Source: Pecten maximus
Taxonomy: Eukaryota
DNA length: 64,000 bases
Direction: 5' to 3'
Assembly (NCBI RefSeq): GCF_902652985.1
Contig: NC_047027.1
Span: forward strand, 19,840,001-19,904,000
Under the pieces are notes generated by a model. That model was not told where the DNA came from and ran no database searches. It saw nothing but the letters and a program-made list of their open reading frames with translations. This document shows positions 13,327-28,444 of the stretch, piece after piece; position 1 is the first letter of the stretch; each line of letters starts with the position of its first letter. Made by a program: the position numbers and the translations under genes.

Positions 13327-16300
13327 AATTTATCGCAATGTATGGTGCATTATGTCAGCACATGTACGAACTTTTATATAACACTGTAAGTAAACGAGTA
13401 CATATAAAGCTATGCTAGCATTGCAATAATAAAATTTAGAAATAGGATGCTCAATATTTGATTTGATAGCTATGAATACCTGTATAATTATGATTATCAA
13501 TTCTATAAACTTTATAAGTCAAGCTGCTAACTACCGCCATATTCTGAAGCAACAGGTAGTAGTCATGTATATTTATTCAGTAATTGGGTGACGTCAGACT
13601 TTCTGTACGGAGGATCTCGAGCATTGTCTAGGTTTCGTGGATTGTGAGGAAACTGACGTCACATAATCAATATGGTGGCCTACGTAGCTTGCATGAGTAA
13701 GCAACCCTGATTACTAGCTCATTAAAACAGTAGGATGTATCTTCACTCTCTACCGCGTTGAGAGCAAGCTGTGTTCAACGATGCATGACGAAATATTGTA
13801 CAAGTTATATCTTAGATGAGATAATGTATATGTTTGAATTTTAACAATTTGTTATTTAAAAGAAATATTTCAAAGTTTTTAAAGGTAACTCTTTTCTTAC
13901 GTTCTGTCATTAACGCCTGCTTTCATTTAAGCAGGTAGATTATTTACCACGATGAAATGGGTTGTTAGCTGAATAAAGATAATGATTAAACAATTTGTAC
14001 TTTTTAGTATGTTTACCTTTGAGTGGGTTAATCATCTGCCATGAGTATCTTTGAACAAGCTTAATAACACCCACGATTAAACAATATTCATGTTCATGCA
14101 AACTTGATTTACTTGTATCATTCTTGTAGTAAGCATGCGAATTCAATTTTTTTATTTAACCATGACCAAGCTACATTACAAGTGAATAGTTTGTGATCAC
14201 CGATTGGTCTTGTCTTTTTGACATTAGAGTTAATCTTATTATGACGTCACAAATTTTGACGGAAATTCCCGAATGATTACGAGTGAAGATTAGAATGGCT
14301 ATAGAAATGGCGACATTATCACAACAAAGTCTCTTTGATACCATTTTAAATAGTAAGTACAATACATTGCAGTACAAATCAAGTCAGAAAGGTGAAATGC
14401 ACCTTAATAACATCAGTCACGCATTATTTAGATTATATGTCTGTAAATATTTTGAAATGCAACGAATGCAAGCGTATAAGCATATCCATTTCAAACTCGA
14501 TGCACGTGTTCAATTTCATATTAAGATTTGTTTAAAAATCGTTTAAAACAATATATATAGATTAAGATATCTATCCACTTTCCCAATAACCTAACAATGC
14601 TTAATGATAAAAAAAACTTCACAAATCTAATGGAAATCAACCTGTGATGATAATAATTATAATGGATTGGATAAGCTACGTTGATAGGTCAATGTGCGAC
14701 CTATGTGTAACAATACCTTATCTGCATGGAACTAGCTATGAAATGCACTGGCTGGCCACATCAGGAATACCAAGACCCAACATTGGAGATGTCGATTTCC
14801 TGTCACAAAGTAAAACGTTCGCGTCATGACCCTGAGATCGAGGCGACGTTTGAGATTTTGTCTGAGTTGACACAGTGTGTTAGGCCCTGACATATTGTAA
14901 TGCTGATAACAGATTCCCCTTTAATCATTAGTCATGGTGCAGAATAGTCATACACGTAATATTATAGTTTTCCTTTTAATTCGACTTCGTATATTCTAAA
15001 TATTTTCTGACAGACTTACGCACTCGTTTTTACGAACTTCGCAAATTTGTAAATAATTCGGGTTCAAATCGGCATATTTTCATGGCAAAATATTCAAATG
15101 TTCAATTTCTTTTGATTTGTTGTCCAATGTGGGACATTTGCTCAGGAGCTATGAACTTCAAAATCTCGAATTTATTCTGATCGGTTGTCCAAGTGGCATA
15201 TCAATTAAGTGAAGTATACCCAAATATCTGTATAATGAAACTCGATTTTCTGGCTATGTGTGGTCCAAAATGGCATATTTTCATAAAGAAATATACCCAA
15301 ATGACGACACTATGATACATGACGTATTATTTAAGTGTGCATTCTGAGCTTCGAAAACCTCATTTTTCTATTATTTTTTTGATTGAAAATATATATAAAT
15401 AATATCAACAGACCCATGTATTTCGGAGTACCGAGCGTCTGTTTGGTCATACATACATTTGGCCCACTGAATATGTGTATCTTTAGTACCAGACACTCGT
15501 CTGACTTCAGACAAATAGATTGCATAGTGTATAGACTCGACTTTTGACCTGAAAGTTTAACCACATACGTTTCTATTGCATGTGACAAACCCCCCAATTA
15601 ATGTCTTTATTCAACCTGTATATATTCTTAATGGTAATTTGATGATGGCGGCAATGTCAAAATTGGATGTGACATTTGTCTATCTTTTTTTGTTATAACA
15701 TATTTAATATCCTCATCCATTGGTAGAATTAATAATATAATGTACTTCACATTTCTCCTCGCGGTATATAAATGTTATATTACACAGTTAATTTGTTAAT
15801 AGGATACTGCAAATCACTTGTGTTTCGTGAAGAATCTAATTTCGCGATAAGCAAAGACCGTAGTTTAGGATATCAAGTGACCATCAAATGCGAATTACTG
15901 TTTATGGCATACGTAGATATAGATAGGACAGCTTAGGTAGTAATCCAACTGTAGCAGAAGATAAAGACATACCATTATAAGTGATCATATACATAAAGTT
16001 ATTTGTTCTGCCAATTTTTCATTGTTTAAAATACTGTATAAAAACAGCATTAATTCCGTATTTTGCCATGCATTAAGTGTTTTTTGCCATACAAGTAAGT
16101 ATATTTCTTGTAATTTACCATAAAAAATCAACATAGTTCCTTAACTTTCACACAAATCAGGATGTATCCTGAAATTTACCAATAAAAGTCAGTATATTGA
16201 TCAAATTCGCCAAATTAATCAGTATATTTTCTGTAATTTACCATACAAATCAGTATGTTTTTTGTATTTTTTCATACATTTATTGTTTTTGTGACATATA

Positions 16301-16834
16301 TATCAGTATTCTTATTGTATGTGTGCCATATTCCAAACTCAAACTATTTATTTAAATGAATGACAATCAAATTGCATTACTTTCACATTCTGACTACTGT
16401 CCGTGCGTTAATATATGAATAACACAAGGTATTCAACATTGTTAAGCAATACCTTCTCCCTATAGAATATCATTAAGTAACATAATATATATAATATTCT
16501 TTGTTAGTTATTGTTATTGTTGCAATATTTCATAATATTCATATTATATTATATAAATATGTTATCTAGGTCCTTTACAGTGCGACGAGTTCTGTAACTT
16601 TAAAATCTATTTATAGAATATTATTATTACTACAGTGGAGTGTCATGACTGTGTCATAACACCTTATTTTAGCTATGGTAAGCTTCATTCCTGGTTAATA
16701 TGGCAACGTTATGACAGATTTAATAATATCAACTGTACGATGTTGGAAAGACTATATTTTTGTCTAATAAATCTTAATTCTTAGCTGATAACTATTAACT
16801 CACATCTCTTAACTCATAACCAATAACTCTAACT

Positions 16835-16871
16835 CATTACTGATGATTCCTGGAAGGAAGAAACAATAATG
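16835..16871 (+). ncRNA. Solo hammerhead-like relic with stem III and cleavage site deleted; probably inactive
   Basis: CATTA-CTGATGA-TTCCT/GGA/AGGAA-GAAA-CAA-TAATG. Stem I (CATTA/TAATG) and stem II (TTCCT/AGGAA) pair perfectly; the GCTGT of the 6441 consensus is missing. Confidence 0.5.
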
Positions 16872-18297
16872 CGCATGAGATGCAGTTTCATTGGTGGCTC
16901 GTTAATCCATGTATAACGTAATATATGTACTGTATATATCACTATATCAATACATCTGTATAATCACTTTTGCTACAAAGCATATATATTTCATATGGAA
17001 CACTAAAACTTTGTACCTGTTGTGGTTCAAATCGGAATCATGCGAGATGTGAATAAATGCACTGAATTGTACCGATCTACTAAAAGTGTTATAAACCTAG
17101 TTTTGAGTTAATACAATATGTTTTTTTATCTGAACATATATTCGCTCCCAGCTAGGCGTTGTATCGTATGAACATAAACTATCTTTGTTATAAGTATATT
17201 GGATATTGTTATGGCAGGTGTGCGGCATATCAACTATTACTAGTACGACAGAGTATGTCTAAAACATCTTACAAATCAAACACTTTGCTCCTAAATCCTA
17301 CTACTGTATAACTTAAGTGTGATTTATGGTACCCAACGGTGGTTATGAAAGCATTTTATCCTAATTTAATTGAAAGACGTTCGGGTTTGAATTCTATTTT
17401 ACAAATTGATGTACCTTCATGAGCATATACTTCAGACAATGGAAGACTCCATTTTTGGAATTCATATGTAATTGATGTGTAAGATATTTATTTTCTCTGT
17501 GGTATAATGTACACTTGAACCCATCTGACGGCATTCAAAATTAATAAGATTGCAGTTTTTTCCCTCTGTTTAGAGACTATTTTGTTTATAACTTTTCCCC
17601 TTCAGTTTAGAAATTAATTTATTGATAGCTTATTCCCTTCTGTTAGATATTAATTTGTCAATAACTGATTCCCTTTTGTTCAGATATGAACTTGTTGATA
17701 GCTTATTCCTCATTCAGATATTAATTTGTTTATACTTTATTTTCCTTCGGATTAGAGATTTATTTTATAGTACATTTCCCCTATATTTAGATATTAATTT
17801 GATTACAACTTGTTTCTTCTCTGTTTATATATTTAACCCAATATCATTAAAACATATTTACTTCGATAATGGCCAAGCTTTTTTATCATGTTGATACTTC
17901 ATCAGTGTAGACAATGACGTCATACTGACCACAACTTATTTTCATAGAGCTGATATACCAAATTTCGTTACACAACGATTTATTTTTACAGTGCTTATTG
18001 ACTTTAACTACAACTTTTTTCACACACTTCAGTGCCTCTTGGTATATATAAATACATATAATTAGCTTGGGCATATATCGTTTCTTTGATAAGTTTTGCC
18101 TCTTGTTCGGTTCGTTCTGTTAAAATGAATCGATTGATATTCTAAACTAATGTACACTTAGGTTGTTGTTTTAGTTTTTTGTGTTTGTTTTGTACTCATA
18201 TATACTACATTTCAAAGCAAAATTCACGAAAAAGTTAAAATTTTAACTATATTACTGAACGAAAAATATACTGTGAAGGAGTTGATACGAATTGAAT

Positions 18298-18441
18298 NNN
18301 NNNNNNNNNNNNNNNNNNNNNNNNNNNNNNNNNNNNNNNNNNNNNNNNNNNNNNNNNNNNNNNNNNNNNNNNNNNNNNNNNNNNNNNNNNNNNNNNNNNN
18401 NNNNNNNNNNNNNNNNNNNNNNNNNNNNNNNNNNNNNNNNN
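18298..18441. other. Assembly gap (N run)
   Basis: 144 N. Confidence 1.
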
Positions 18442-18779
18442 TACACGTGGTCAATTTTTTGTGGTTAGGTTATATACCACACTGTACACCCATCAACTAC
18501 AGAATTACAAGCCACAATACCAATTTACTATGTAAAACTTGGACAGTTTTAGGTATTCCCATTAGCGTAATCAGTTAACTCATCCTCATACGTCGCTTCG
18601 CCTCCAGTATTGCCCTTCATGTTCAGGTTGAATATGATTCTTTCAAATATAGAATAATTTACGTTATTAACTCCATTATTTTTTTAACATAACCTTTGTA
18701 TACAATGCACATTTACATAGTAAAAATCGCTTATGTGTTGGAATACATATTATATAGTTCCCGAAATAAACATAATTCT

Positions 18780-19290
18780 TAATTACTCAAAGACGAACAT
18801 TCTCTATTTGGAAATTAATATCTTTTCAATTACTCAATTAAGAACATATATATTACGCAATGAAGAACATACTCTATCAATCAATGAAAAGGATTATCTA
18901 TTACTCGATGAGGAATGTTCTCTATCACTCAATGAAGAAAAATCTCTATTACTCCATGGAAAACGTTCTCTATTACTCAAAAAAGAGCGATCTCTATTAC
19001 TCAATGGCGAACGTGCTCGATTACTGAATGAAGAGCGTTCTCTATTACACAATGAAGAACGTTTTCTATTGATCAGTGAGGAGCCTTTACTTTTACTCAA
19101 TGAAGATCGTTCTCTTTTACAAAATGAACATCGTTACCAATTACTCAATGAAGAGCGTTATCCATTGCTCAACGAAGAACATTAACAAATGAATATGTTT
19201 TAAGATTCTTCTTATTGAAGAATTACAGAAGACTACTGAAGAAAACCCCAAATGAAGGGCGTTCTCTATTATTCAATGAATATTATTCTC
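18780..19290. repeat. Degenerate 24-bp minisatellite
   Basis: CTATTACTCAATGAAGAACGTTCT units give the 8-aa periodic pseudo-ORF 18733-19185 (LLLNEERS). Confidence 0.9.
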
Positions 19291-20989
19291 TGTTACTTAA
19301 GATACTTCTTCATTGGGGCACTGTAGATCTATTTATATTTCACCAGGTAGGAAAATGACATATCTATTCTTTTCACGAAGACATCATGGGCAGGGGAGAT
19401 AACCATTTGTCATTGGCAAGTCCCACCTTGATTGGACACAAGAATGTCTAAGCTTGGCTATGTATTGTTTTCTTTTTCAAATTATTCAATATACTGAGGC
19501 CTTCATTCCATTTAATAGCTTTTGCATTACAGTGTTTTAATTCACGGGTATATTTTGACTACAAAAGTATAAAGTACTTTCTCTGAAAATATAATATTAC
19601 TCAAACATATTTAGTAGCCATGTAAATGATTCTTCCAAACAACAAAAACATATTTTTTTGTTATTTTCAATGGACACTGCTGAATATTTCAACTTATTAG
19701 AATATAATATCTACAATCTGAATATTGTATATCATGTTAATTCGTAATTCCATCCATTCATATCCATAGCAATTCTTAAAATCTTTTTTTTTTAAAAGCA
19801 ATTCTCTATCTAGATTTAAAGAACAGCAGAGGTGATATATTTATTGCTCCGGATTAATTTGTCCGGAATAAAAAGGTTATTACTGAACTTCCGGTGTCTG
19901 TGATTCTTGTCAATAAATACCCTTGGCGTTGTCAGAAAGCGCATTTAATAACAAAAATATCTCAGAACCACGGTGGGTCATCTCGTTTTGTTCAATTTGT
20001 CAATACGGGATTAAATTCCTCTGTACAGTGTCGTCGAATATAAACTGTCTGTCGTGAAAAAACAATTACAGTAAAACATTGAACTTGAAAGGAAGTCAGT
20101 TCTAACAAATATTTATCGTGTCAGTTTGATCACTTGTCCATAAAAGGAAACTGAATTTACAAAATAATTTGAATGACATCAAAATAAAGCATGGGATTAC
20201 TGTCGATAAATGTATAATAATGTCATGGTAATATATTACGGGAATAAAGAACTTTTTAAAAGTCATAAAACTAAAATTAAAAAGATTTTTTTAGTTGGAC
20301 CATAGTATATAAATAGCATTTCATGCTTCAGAAATTAATTTACTCGCAGTTCATGGGTTATTGAATAAACTGAGTACAATGTATACACATTCCATTGTAG
20401 ATGTATATATATATGTATAATGATATTGCCCTTACTTACTTAATAACTTTTCACGAAATAAATAGCTAATAGCAAGAATGGATCATTCAGGAGAAAACCT
20501 TTAATCTGTGGAAATATTTCAATTACATTTTCACGTGCTCCATATGAATTGATATCAATATAAATTAATCACATAACTACCCTAGTCTCAATTTTATTGT
20601 TGAAACACACAACTGGCTGCATGTTCTAAATGTTCTTAACTCATGGCATTGCTTGCATCGTGACGTCACAAACGGTAGAATCACAGGCTGAAAATACCCC
20701 CACATAAGATTTTCTAAAAGAACCTGATACATTTCCGTCTCTCAAAATATTTCAAAACAAAATCTTAATTATATTTATCTCGTGGGAAATTACATAAGCT
20801 CCAATTATAATATATCTATTGAAATTAACATGAGTTAACAAACGCAATGCAGATCTGACAGGAATTCAAAATAAAACTTACTCACCAGGAACACTTGGTC
20901 GTAGTCTACTTGTATTTTTATTTATGTAAATCTATGTTTCATTGTTCGTATCAAGCCCACATTTTAACGATCGTAATTTGGAATTATAT

Positions 20990-21040
20990 TTCCGTTATTA
21001 TGTCGGTATTCTTTGTTGTTGCTCTGATGGAAAATTGATA
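20990..21040 (-). mobile_element. Fragment of a dispersed repeat (GAATACCGACATAAT family)
   Basis: Shares TATTATGTCGGTATT...TGTTGCT with 31680-31805 and, inverted, with 36330-36515. Confidence 0.55.
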
Positions 21041-24000
21041 TACAAGCAAACCTTTGATATAACACTTCTGAGAGCGGAAGTCCTGGTCATAATATGATTC
21101 ATAATGATGATTAACATTGTCAATTAATGATATAAGGATGATTATCTGAGACATGTTTTTTTCGAAGCTAAATCATTAGAGTGGGTAGGCATTTTCATAT
21201 ATATATATATATATAATGAATGCATTACAAAAAAAACGTCGGTAATATAAAGGAGAGTATATTATTTGGTTACAAAAGGGAGACGCTCTGACATTGAAAG
21301 CATTAGTGGAAATATATGATAATGTATATACAACTTTATAATCAGGCTGGGGAAAGGGTAGTTGGTCAACGCCAACGATGCCTGCTAATTGGGTAGATGA
21401 TTAGATTCATAAAGAATAAGTGTTTATCATGAAATGTCCAAGAATGCATGTTTATAAACAGGTTGGAAGCTGCATGATATATATGTTTATCGTAGGAGTC
21501 ATAGACGCAGGCCATGTCTATCTTGAAATGTATTTTAATTTTATGTAATGCATAAAAAAGACTATATACACATGCAACATAGAATATATTTTTTCGAAAA
21601 AATTTTCTTAATGCGATTTAAGGTCAACGTGTCAATTTAATTATTCTCACAAGATATTTCAAATACGAATTTAGCCTTTCAGTATTGTTTGTGTATTTTC
21701 CCTTATATTAGATATAAGATAATTTAAACTAAAACAGTATTTTACCAATAATCGTTAGAGTCTATACCACCTTAACCGCTTTTATTTATCAAATATAAAA
21801 ACATATTCCAAAATCGTGATTTTCTAGGATACAAACTTAAACAATAGATTCAGTATATCTTATATAGCTTTATCTAATATTTTGACATGTTTTAGATTAC
21901 TGACATTAATTTCTGATGGGGAATGATAAATTAGCATTTCCGGAAAAGTAAATATATAATCGTGTCTAATCAATATGTTATGGGTGCTTATCGAAATAGA
22001 TAGCAGAATTATCAAAATATTTTAAGGTAATCTATTGACATATATTTATGCCTTACATAATATATTATCTCGATATCCAAATAATTCTATAACAGGTAAT
22101 AGATAAATGCTAATGAAATGACCTCATTGATGGTTTAAGATATTTCGCATTATCATCATTAGTAAATTGAAATTATTGTTGGAATTGCTTTCATTTATTA
22201 CGTGTAACTTAGTGTGTCAACAAGTATTCCATACTCGGAAAATCACATTTAAAATTAGATGTAACATCAACAGACAATATCAAAAAATAAAATTCCATAC
22301 GATTTTTTGTTACTCGTGCTACGGAATGGTTTTTAATTACACGGGACTCATATTTCGCGGATGTCTCAGTCGGACCTAGTTCGCGAGTATTAAATTTCGC
22401 GCAACACCGCCTTGTAAAAATTCTGTTAGTTCTTTATAAGTTGTGCGCAATCCAATTGTGTTTAAACAATAAAGTATGTTCAAATAAATGAATACGAATA
22501 TAGAGAAATTAAATACACAGTGAATGTTACTAACGATTTAGTATTATTCAGGGACAAAATATTATTTTAAATGAAATATTTAAAATGATATTTGGACCTC
22601 ATTAATATTAAAATACTCTTGAACGCAAGAGTCAACTGGCTAATTCGTGCAGGGTACATCGCCATTACAGTCTACAAGCTCCTGACGCTGTAGATGCACA
22701 AAGTATCACGATGAATGCTTTACACTTTATCAATTAAACATGAAGAAAAGGCTAACCAATTAGGTAGTTCATGCACACATGAAAATATATGATATGCTGA
22801 AAACTTTCTTTGCATAAATTATAATTATTAATCATTCAACAAAATTTACCATAAAATATTTAAGAATATGAAAAAAATAGATTGATTTTATTGGAGGAGC
22901 CTATGATATAAACCTGTTGAAGGCTTCGTGTTTCTTATTGAATATTAAACAATGCTTCCTTTTAATGAATGAAAATACGGAAGCAATGCAAAATATATAT
23001 GGAAGCGACATAGCAGCTATATGTTTTAGGTAATGTTTTTAAAAGTATATAAAATATCATCGTAAGTTACATTGTATTCTTAACGAAATCCAACATTTCA
23101 GACATGATATGCAATTAAATGAAAATATTTTAATGAAGTCAAACAATAATTTTAAGAAATATTTCATAGAACACAAAGTTACATTTTCCGTTTATTCTTA
23201 TATGGGATATAAGCTGTAGTAGTGTATCATTCCAATCAAGCTCTTAATGTCACCTTAAAGTTAAATTAACTAAACCTGGTGCATTCACCGTTGTTATTTT
23301 ATTTCACAGCTATAAAAATAAATCATATTACAAATGTAATAATTCATTTATTATCAGTATTTTCCTAACATTTGTACTGATCAATATCCTGTTGTTCTCA
23401 TTTCTACTGAGAAGAAGAGTTGTCCAAATGAATGGAACATTGCACATGGCAATCCAATTATATAATCCACTATTTCCTATTTGATAAAAGATATTTATAA
23501 AACCATATTCCTATGATACCTATATGATTGTGCGTGATGCAATTAATAAATAAATATATAAATGAAAAAAAATAAAACAATATAATTAAATAAATTAATA
23601 AATTAATAAACAACCAACATAGTAAAGACACAACTGTATATTCGTTTAAAGGAGGCTTAGCATGGTTAAATTATAGCACAAAAGACAAATGAACAACACA
23701 ACCAAAGATGAATTTAGTTATAGTATTAGCCGATTAATGAATTGAAGATTGCATCATTAAACTGTTTTGTCTTCTAGGACAAATACTATCACGGTCCCCC
23801 CTTTTCATATCAGAATATGAAATCGATAGGACACCGTTGGATGTATAACTATATGACATAAATACAAATTATATAAACGATAATTATTATTACACATGAC
23901 AAGATTCCCCCTTGCTCTTATTGGATAAGAGAGTATCAAGAACAGGTCGATATATATATATATAACATATCGACTCTATGTTTCTAAATTTAGAACAGCC

Positions 24001-24239
24001 AGATCATATGAACTCCGGGATAGGCAGTAAACATTCCATGCGCATTTATTTCCCAAGACAGTTGATCTGTTATACATGTTTTGAAATCTGTTGATTTTTT
24101 TTCTACCAGGTCGATATTTCACGACATTGACCTCATCAAAGGTCAATGTGGATGGCTTTCGGTCAGCAAACTAACTCCATTTTCTTCGAATCTTTATAAC
24201 ATACATGTATGCATACTTCCACTTAAAAATATATATATC

Positions 24240-25120
24240 AATATATTTTGAATATTGATAGTAATTTCGTATACCAGTCATCATTTCCAATATAAAATTT
24301 ATTATCCTCATAGTTATAGTAATATTGTATATAACATATATTAGCCCCATAGCTAAAGTAATTTCGTATATAACATATTGATTTGATTTGATTTGAACGT
24401 ATTTTACTGTTTAGACACAATTTAATTGGGTAACAACTTATAAAAGCCCTCTCCACAAATATATAATGCAAAGATTGTGATAGCGACACAGCATACCTAT
24501 AATGATTTAAAGAAAGAAAAGCAAAGAAAAATGACATTAATAGACCCATAGCTATATAAATTTCGTTTATAACACATAATAGCCTCATAGATATAATAAT
24601 TTCGCGTGTAACATATATTAGCCCCATAGCTATAGCAATTTCGTATATAACATATGTCGGCTGCATAGCTATAGTAATTTCGTAAATTACATATATTAGC
24701 CACATAGCTTATAGTCATTTTGTATATAACATATGTCAGCTGCATAGCTATAGTAATTTTGTAAATAACATATATTAGCCCCATAGCTATAGTAATTTTG
24801 TAAATAACATATGTCGGCTGCATAGCTATAGTAATTTTGTAAATAACATATATTAGCCACATAGCTATAGTAATTTTGTAAATAACATATATTAGCCCCA
24901 TAGCTATAGTAATTTCGTATATAACATATATTAGCCACATAGCTATAGTAATTTCGTAAATTACATATATTAGCCACATAGCTTATAGTCATTTTGTATA
25001 TAACATATGTCAGCCCCATAGCTATAGTAATTTCGTATATAACTTTTATTGATGGTGTTTTCCGCATATAGCATATATTCATATTTAAAATATTGATTAC
25101 TGATATAACATATATTGATA
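24240..25120. repeat. 39-bp minisatellite
   Basis: ATAGCTATAGTAATTTCGTATATAACATATATTAGCCCC units; explains the 13-aa periodic minus-strand ORFs. Confidence 0.95.
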
Positions 25121-26949
25121 CATACCTAAATGTTATTTCTTCTTTCACATATGTTTTTTTTAATGTAAATTGATTTGAATCTCCATGATTAAATGAATTA
25201 TTACTGCCATATATGTTGATATATCAATCGACTGTTAATGATATCTATTTCTGGTTCCTTTCCCTTGCACATGTTTGAATCTAGGCAAATATTTATGGGC
25301 TGAAAATTCATATTATTTGATGAAATACTGTTTGGTTTAATTGACATTTAATATGATGATAATTTGATTAATAAACTGAGAATAAGAAATGGTAATCTAT
25401 ATTTCCACAGTTCAAATATGTCTTTTGTGTTGATATATTTGTCCCAAAACATTCATATAGTGTACTTAGTTAGGTTACGGTGTAAATGTACAGAAATATC
25501 GTATTTTAATTAAGATATTCAAAATTTAAGGTTGTAATTGAATGATGTCCAAAAATAAGTTCGGAGATGATATTTAAGACGTAAATTTTCATTGAAGAAT
25601 TCCCTTATTTTCGCAATGATGTGTTGAGAGTGACATTTTATTTGTAGTTTACACTAAAAGAATCTGTCTTGAGTTGAAATAAATGACCTTATGTCTCTTC
25701 ATGAAATTCACTTCCGTTAAGACACCTGCGCAAATCACGCTCGATTTTTTAAAATAATATTTAAAACCTTTTCTGATACTGCACGTGAAACTCTGTATAT
25801 ACGTTAATTTTGGCGGGGAATTTTCAAACATACAAATTAGATACTTGGAACTTTGCCAAATGACGCGACGATTTACTTGTTTTAAAATAACACTGGAATG
25901 ATATTTGAAATTTAAAGTTTATCAATAATCTTTTACAAAGAAATACTTATTTCATCTTTTGATGTATGCGTATATGGTGTATCGTACTAACTTGAAGATT
26001 TTTCGTAAGCGCATAATGTATTCAAATACGTCATTTCAAGACTGGACAAGTTTTAACATAATGCATAACGATATTTTAACATATAATATAAAATAAGTAA
26101 CACGATAGCAAAATACACAGATAATAGTAATCGAATTTTGTATTGTACATTAACCTATCATAAACATAATTTTTATATGATTAATACATGATAATTTGTT
26201 GCCAAATGATTGATCATGATAGTTTGTTTAACAGCAAATGTAACCATATTACGAGCATACAAGATATATGTATATATTTTGTCTGGACTTTAATGTTAAA
26301 CTGAAAATCTGGATATATTATATGATCTAAATAGATGTGTAATATGATAATTTCATTTAAGAAAAATAACAATCATATGCTATGCTTATGTCTAAAGCGA
26401 TTTGAAATATATTTGAGTTAATCTCGAAGAAAAACTCATTCGTAATGAAATGCGTATAACTGGAGTTAATTATTTTTATTATGCGTTTTACCATCGACAT
26501 TATACAAACACATTCTTATTGAGTGTAATATTATAAACGTCAAGAATTAATCGTAAATCTGGAGTAGTAGTACCTAGGTTAGTCTGTCCCTTAACTGGCA
26601 GTATAATGCCTGACAACGACAGCATCATAGACGACCTACATATTCAAGATCTATAAACCAACCAAATGAACACTGTATCCGCACTAAATAAGCAAATATC
26701 TAGTTTATGATAGTGTACGATGAACCACAAAATATACCATACCATTAAGGGCATTTCAGTTCCGTCATATAGTGAAAAACAGGGTTATGAATTACCAAAG
26801 ATTCACACACATACACCTGCAGTTTAACTGGTGAAGAGTCGCGGTTCTCTCACACACACACACAAATACACACGTAAAACGCACGACAGAACGACACACA
26901 GGCTATTTTTCGTTACGTAATCATCACTGCCTCTCAATTAACATACATA

Positions 26950-27049
26950 ACAGTCGTGTTTGCTGTACCTGAAATAGTGCTGAAGTCCGGGTCTGTACAC
27001 GGCAGGCCAGGCTCTCTCTAGACTATGTCATGGCTCACCAACCCTTGAG
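26950..27049 (+). other. Candidate first exon ending ATG GCT CAC CAA CCC TTG AG|GTGAGT
   Basis: GC-richer island with a consensus donor GAG|GTGAGT at 27050 and a TTACGTAA palindrome at ~26913 upstream. No homology support. Confidence 0.3.
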
Positions 27050-28285
27050 GTGAGTATGTAGACGACTTATTCCTAAAAGCGTTTCTAATTTTGCATAAAT
27101 TAAGCTTTTTCTAATTTCCAAAACGAGCCACTATATGACGTAAATGTCCTCTTGGATGACATAGTATGGTTGCCTTGTATTTTAGAATATTAGGAATTTT
27201 ATTTTTATTTAAAAAAGTAGATATGAGGCCAAACATAAGGGTTGGCATTAGAAGCACAGACCTGTCTGCGTCGATCTCATCTCAAATTGTTTATACATCA
27301 ACCGAAGGAAATTCAAGTTCTCAATAGCATACATCGCATATAAATAATATCATAATGATAAAAAAACCGATCGAAAATGTCTAAGACACGATATGATATC
27401 AAAACCGGTATCTTAATTTGATATTTTATCGGAAAAACACGTATCATAAGCAGTGGCAGACGAATTGCCCCTTAGTGGCCTCTTTAAAATCATGCACAAA
27501 GACTGGAAGCTTGCTGTTTCCCTATGCAACTGTGCATTGTAGAGCAAACTACATATCAAGTTACCGATTTCAGTTCATCGTCTTCTCTGTCTGATAAGTC
27601 ACGGTTATCAAAAAGGTGTTGCAGGTGTATCTACAAATTCGCATTCAGTCTCAATCTCCGACGCAAACAACACGCAGATTCATTTCATAACTTGTGATAA
27701 GTTACGAACACAGTTTACACATAATATGTGAAGTCAGAAGATATGCAAAGTATATTGAGGCTTAGTGTTACGTCAGCTTGATGTTGTCTGACCCTGGTGA
27801 CATATATTTTACCCGTGTTTTAGCGGTAACCACTGAAAAGACAAATATTCCATACACAGAAAATGGTTTGTGTTACTTTTAATTAGATTATTATTGGGAA
27901 CAATAAGATATATCATTAGTTAATTGTATATTTGAAATCTGATTTTTACAATAATGTGATGTGTGTCATTTTACATATAATTATTTTCCTTATCCTTTTG
28001 TCGAAGCTTTTCTTAGAAGATATGAAATTGATTACCTGATTAAAGTTTTAAAAATGCATAGCCGTATACCTTGTATAACATTTAACACTACAACAAGGAG
28101 GGGTTTCTTCTGAGGTTAAATATGGTATTAATATTGTTACTTTATCTCCTATTGTGTATTGTGTAATATGTCCCCCTGTGGGCCAAATGTTGGCAATAAA
28201 CTGTATATAACTTTGGATATGAATGACATATATAATCATTTAATGATATAATATTATATCGTCTCTTTGTATTTTTATCAATGTC

Positions 28286-28444
28286 NNNNNNNNNNNNNNN
28301 NNNNNNNNNNNNNNNNNNNNNNNNNNNNNNNNNNNNNNNNNNNNNNNNNNNNNNNNNNNNNNNNNNNNNNNNNNNNNNNNNNNNNNNNNNNNNNNNNNNN
28401 NNNNNNNNNNNNNNNNNNNNNNNNNNNNNNNNNNNNNNNNNNNN
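28286..28444. other. Assembly gap (N run)
   Basis: 159 N. Confidence 1.

Noticed and set aside
18733-19185. 150-aa Leu/Glu-rich ORF resembling a coiled coil or LRR
   Set aside because: Direct translation of a 24-bp minisatellite that extends beyond the ORF.
24238-25148. Hydrophobic minus-strand ORFs of 150-160 aa
   Set aside because: The 13-aa periodicity equals the 39-bp repeat; frames switch at unit indels.
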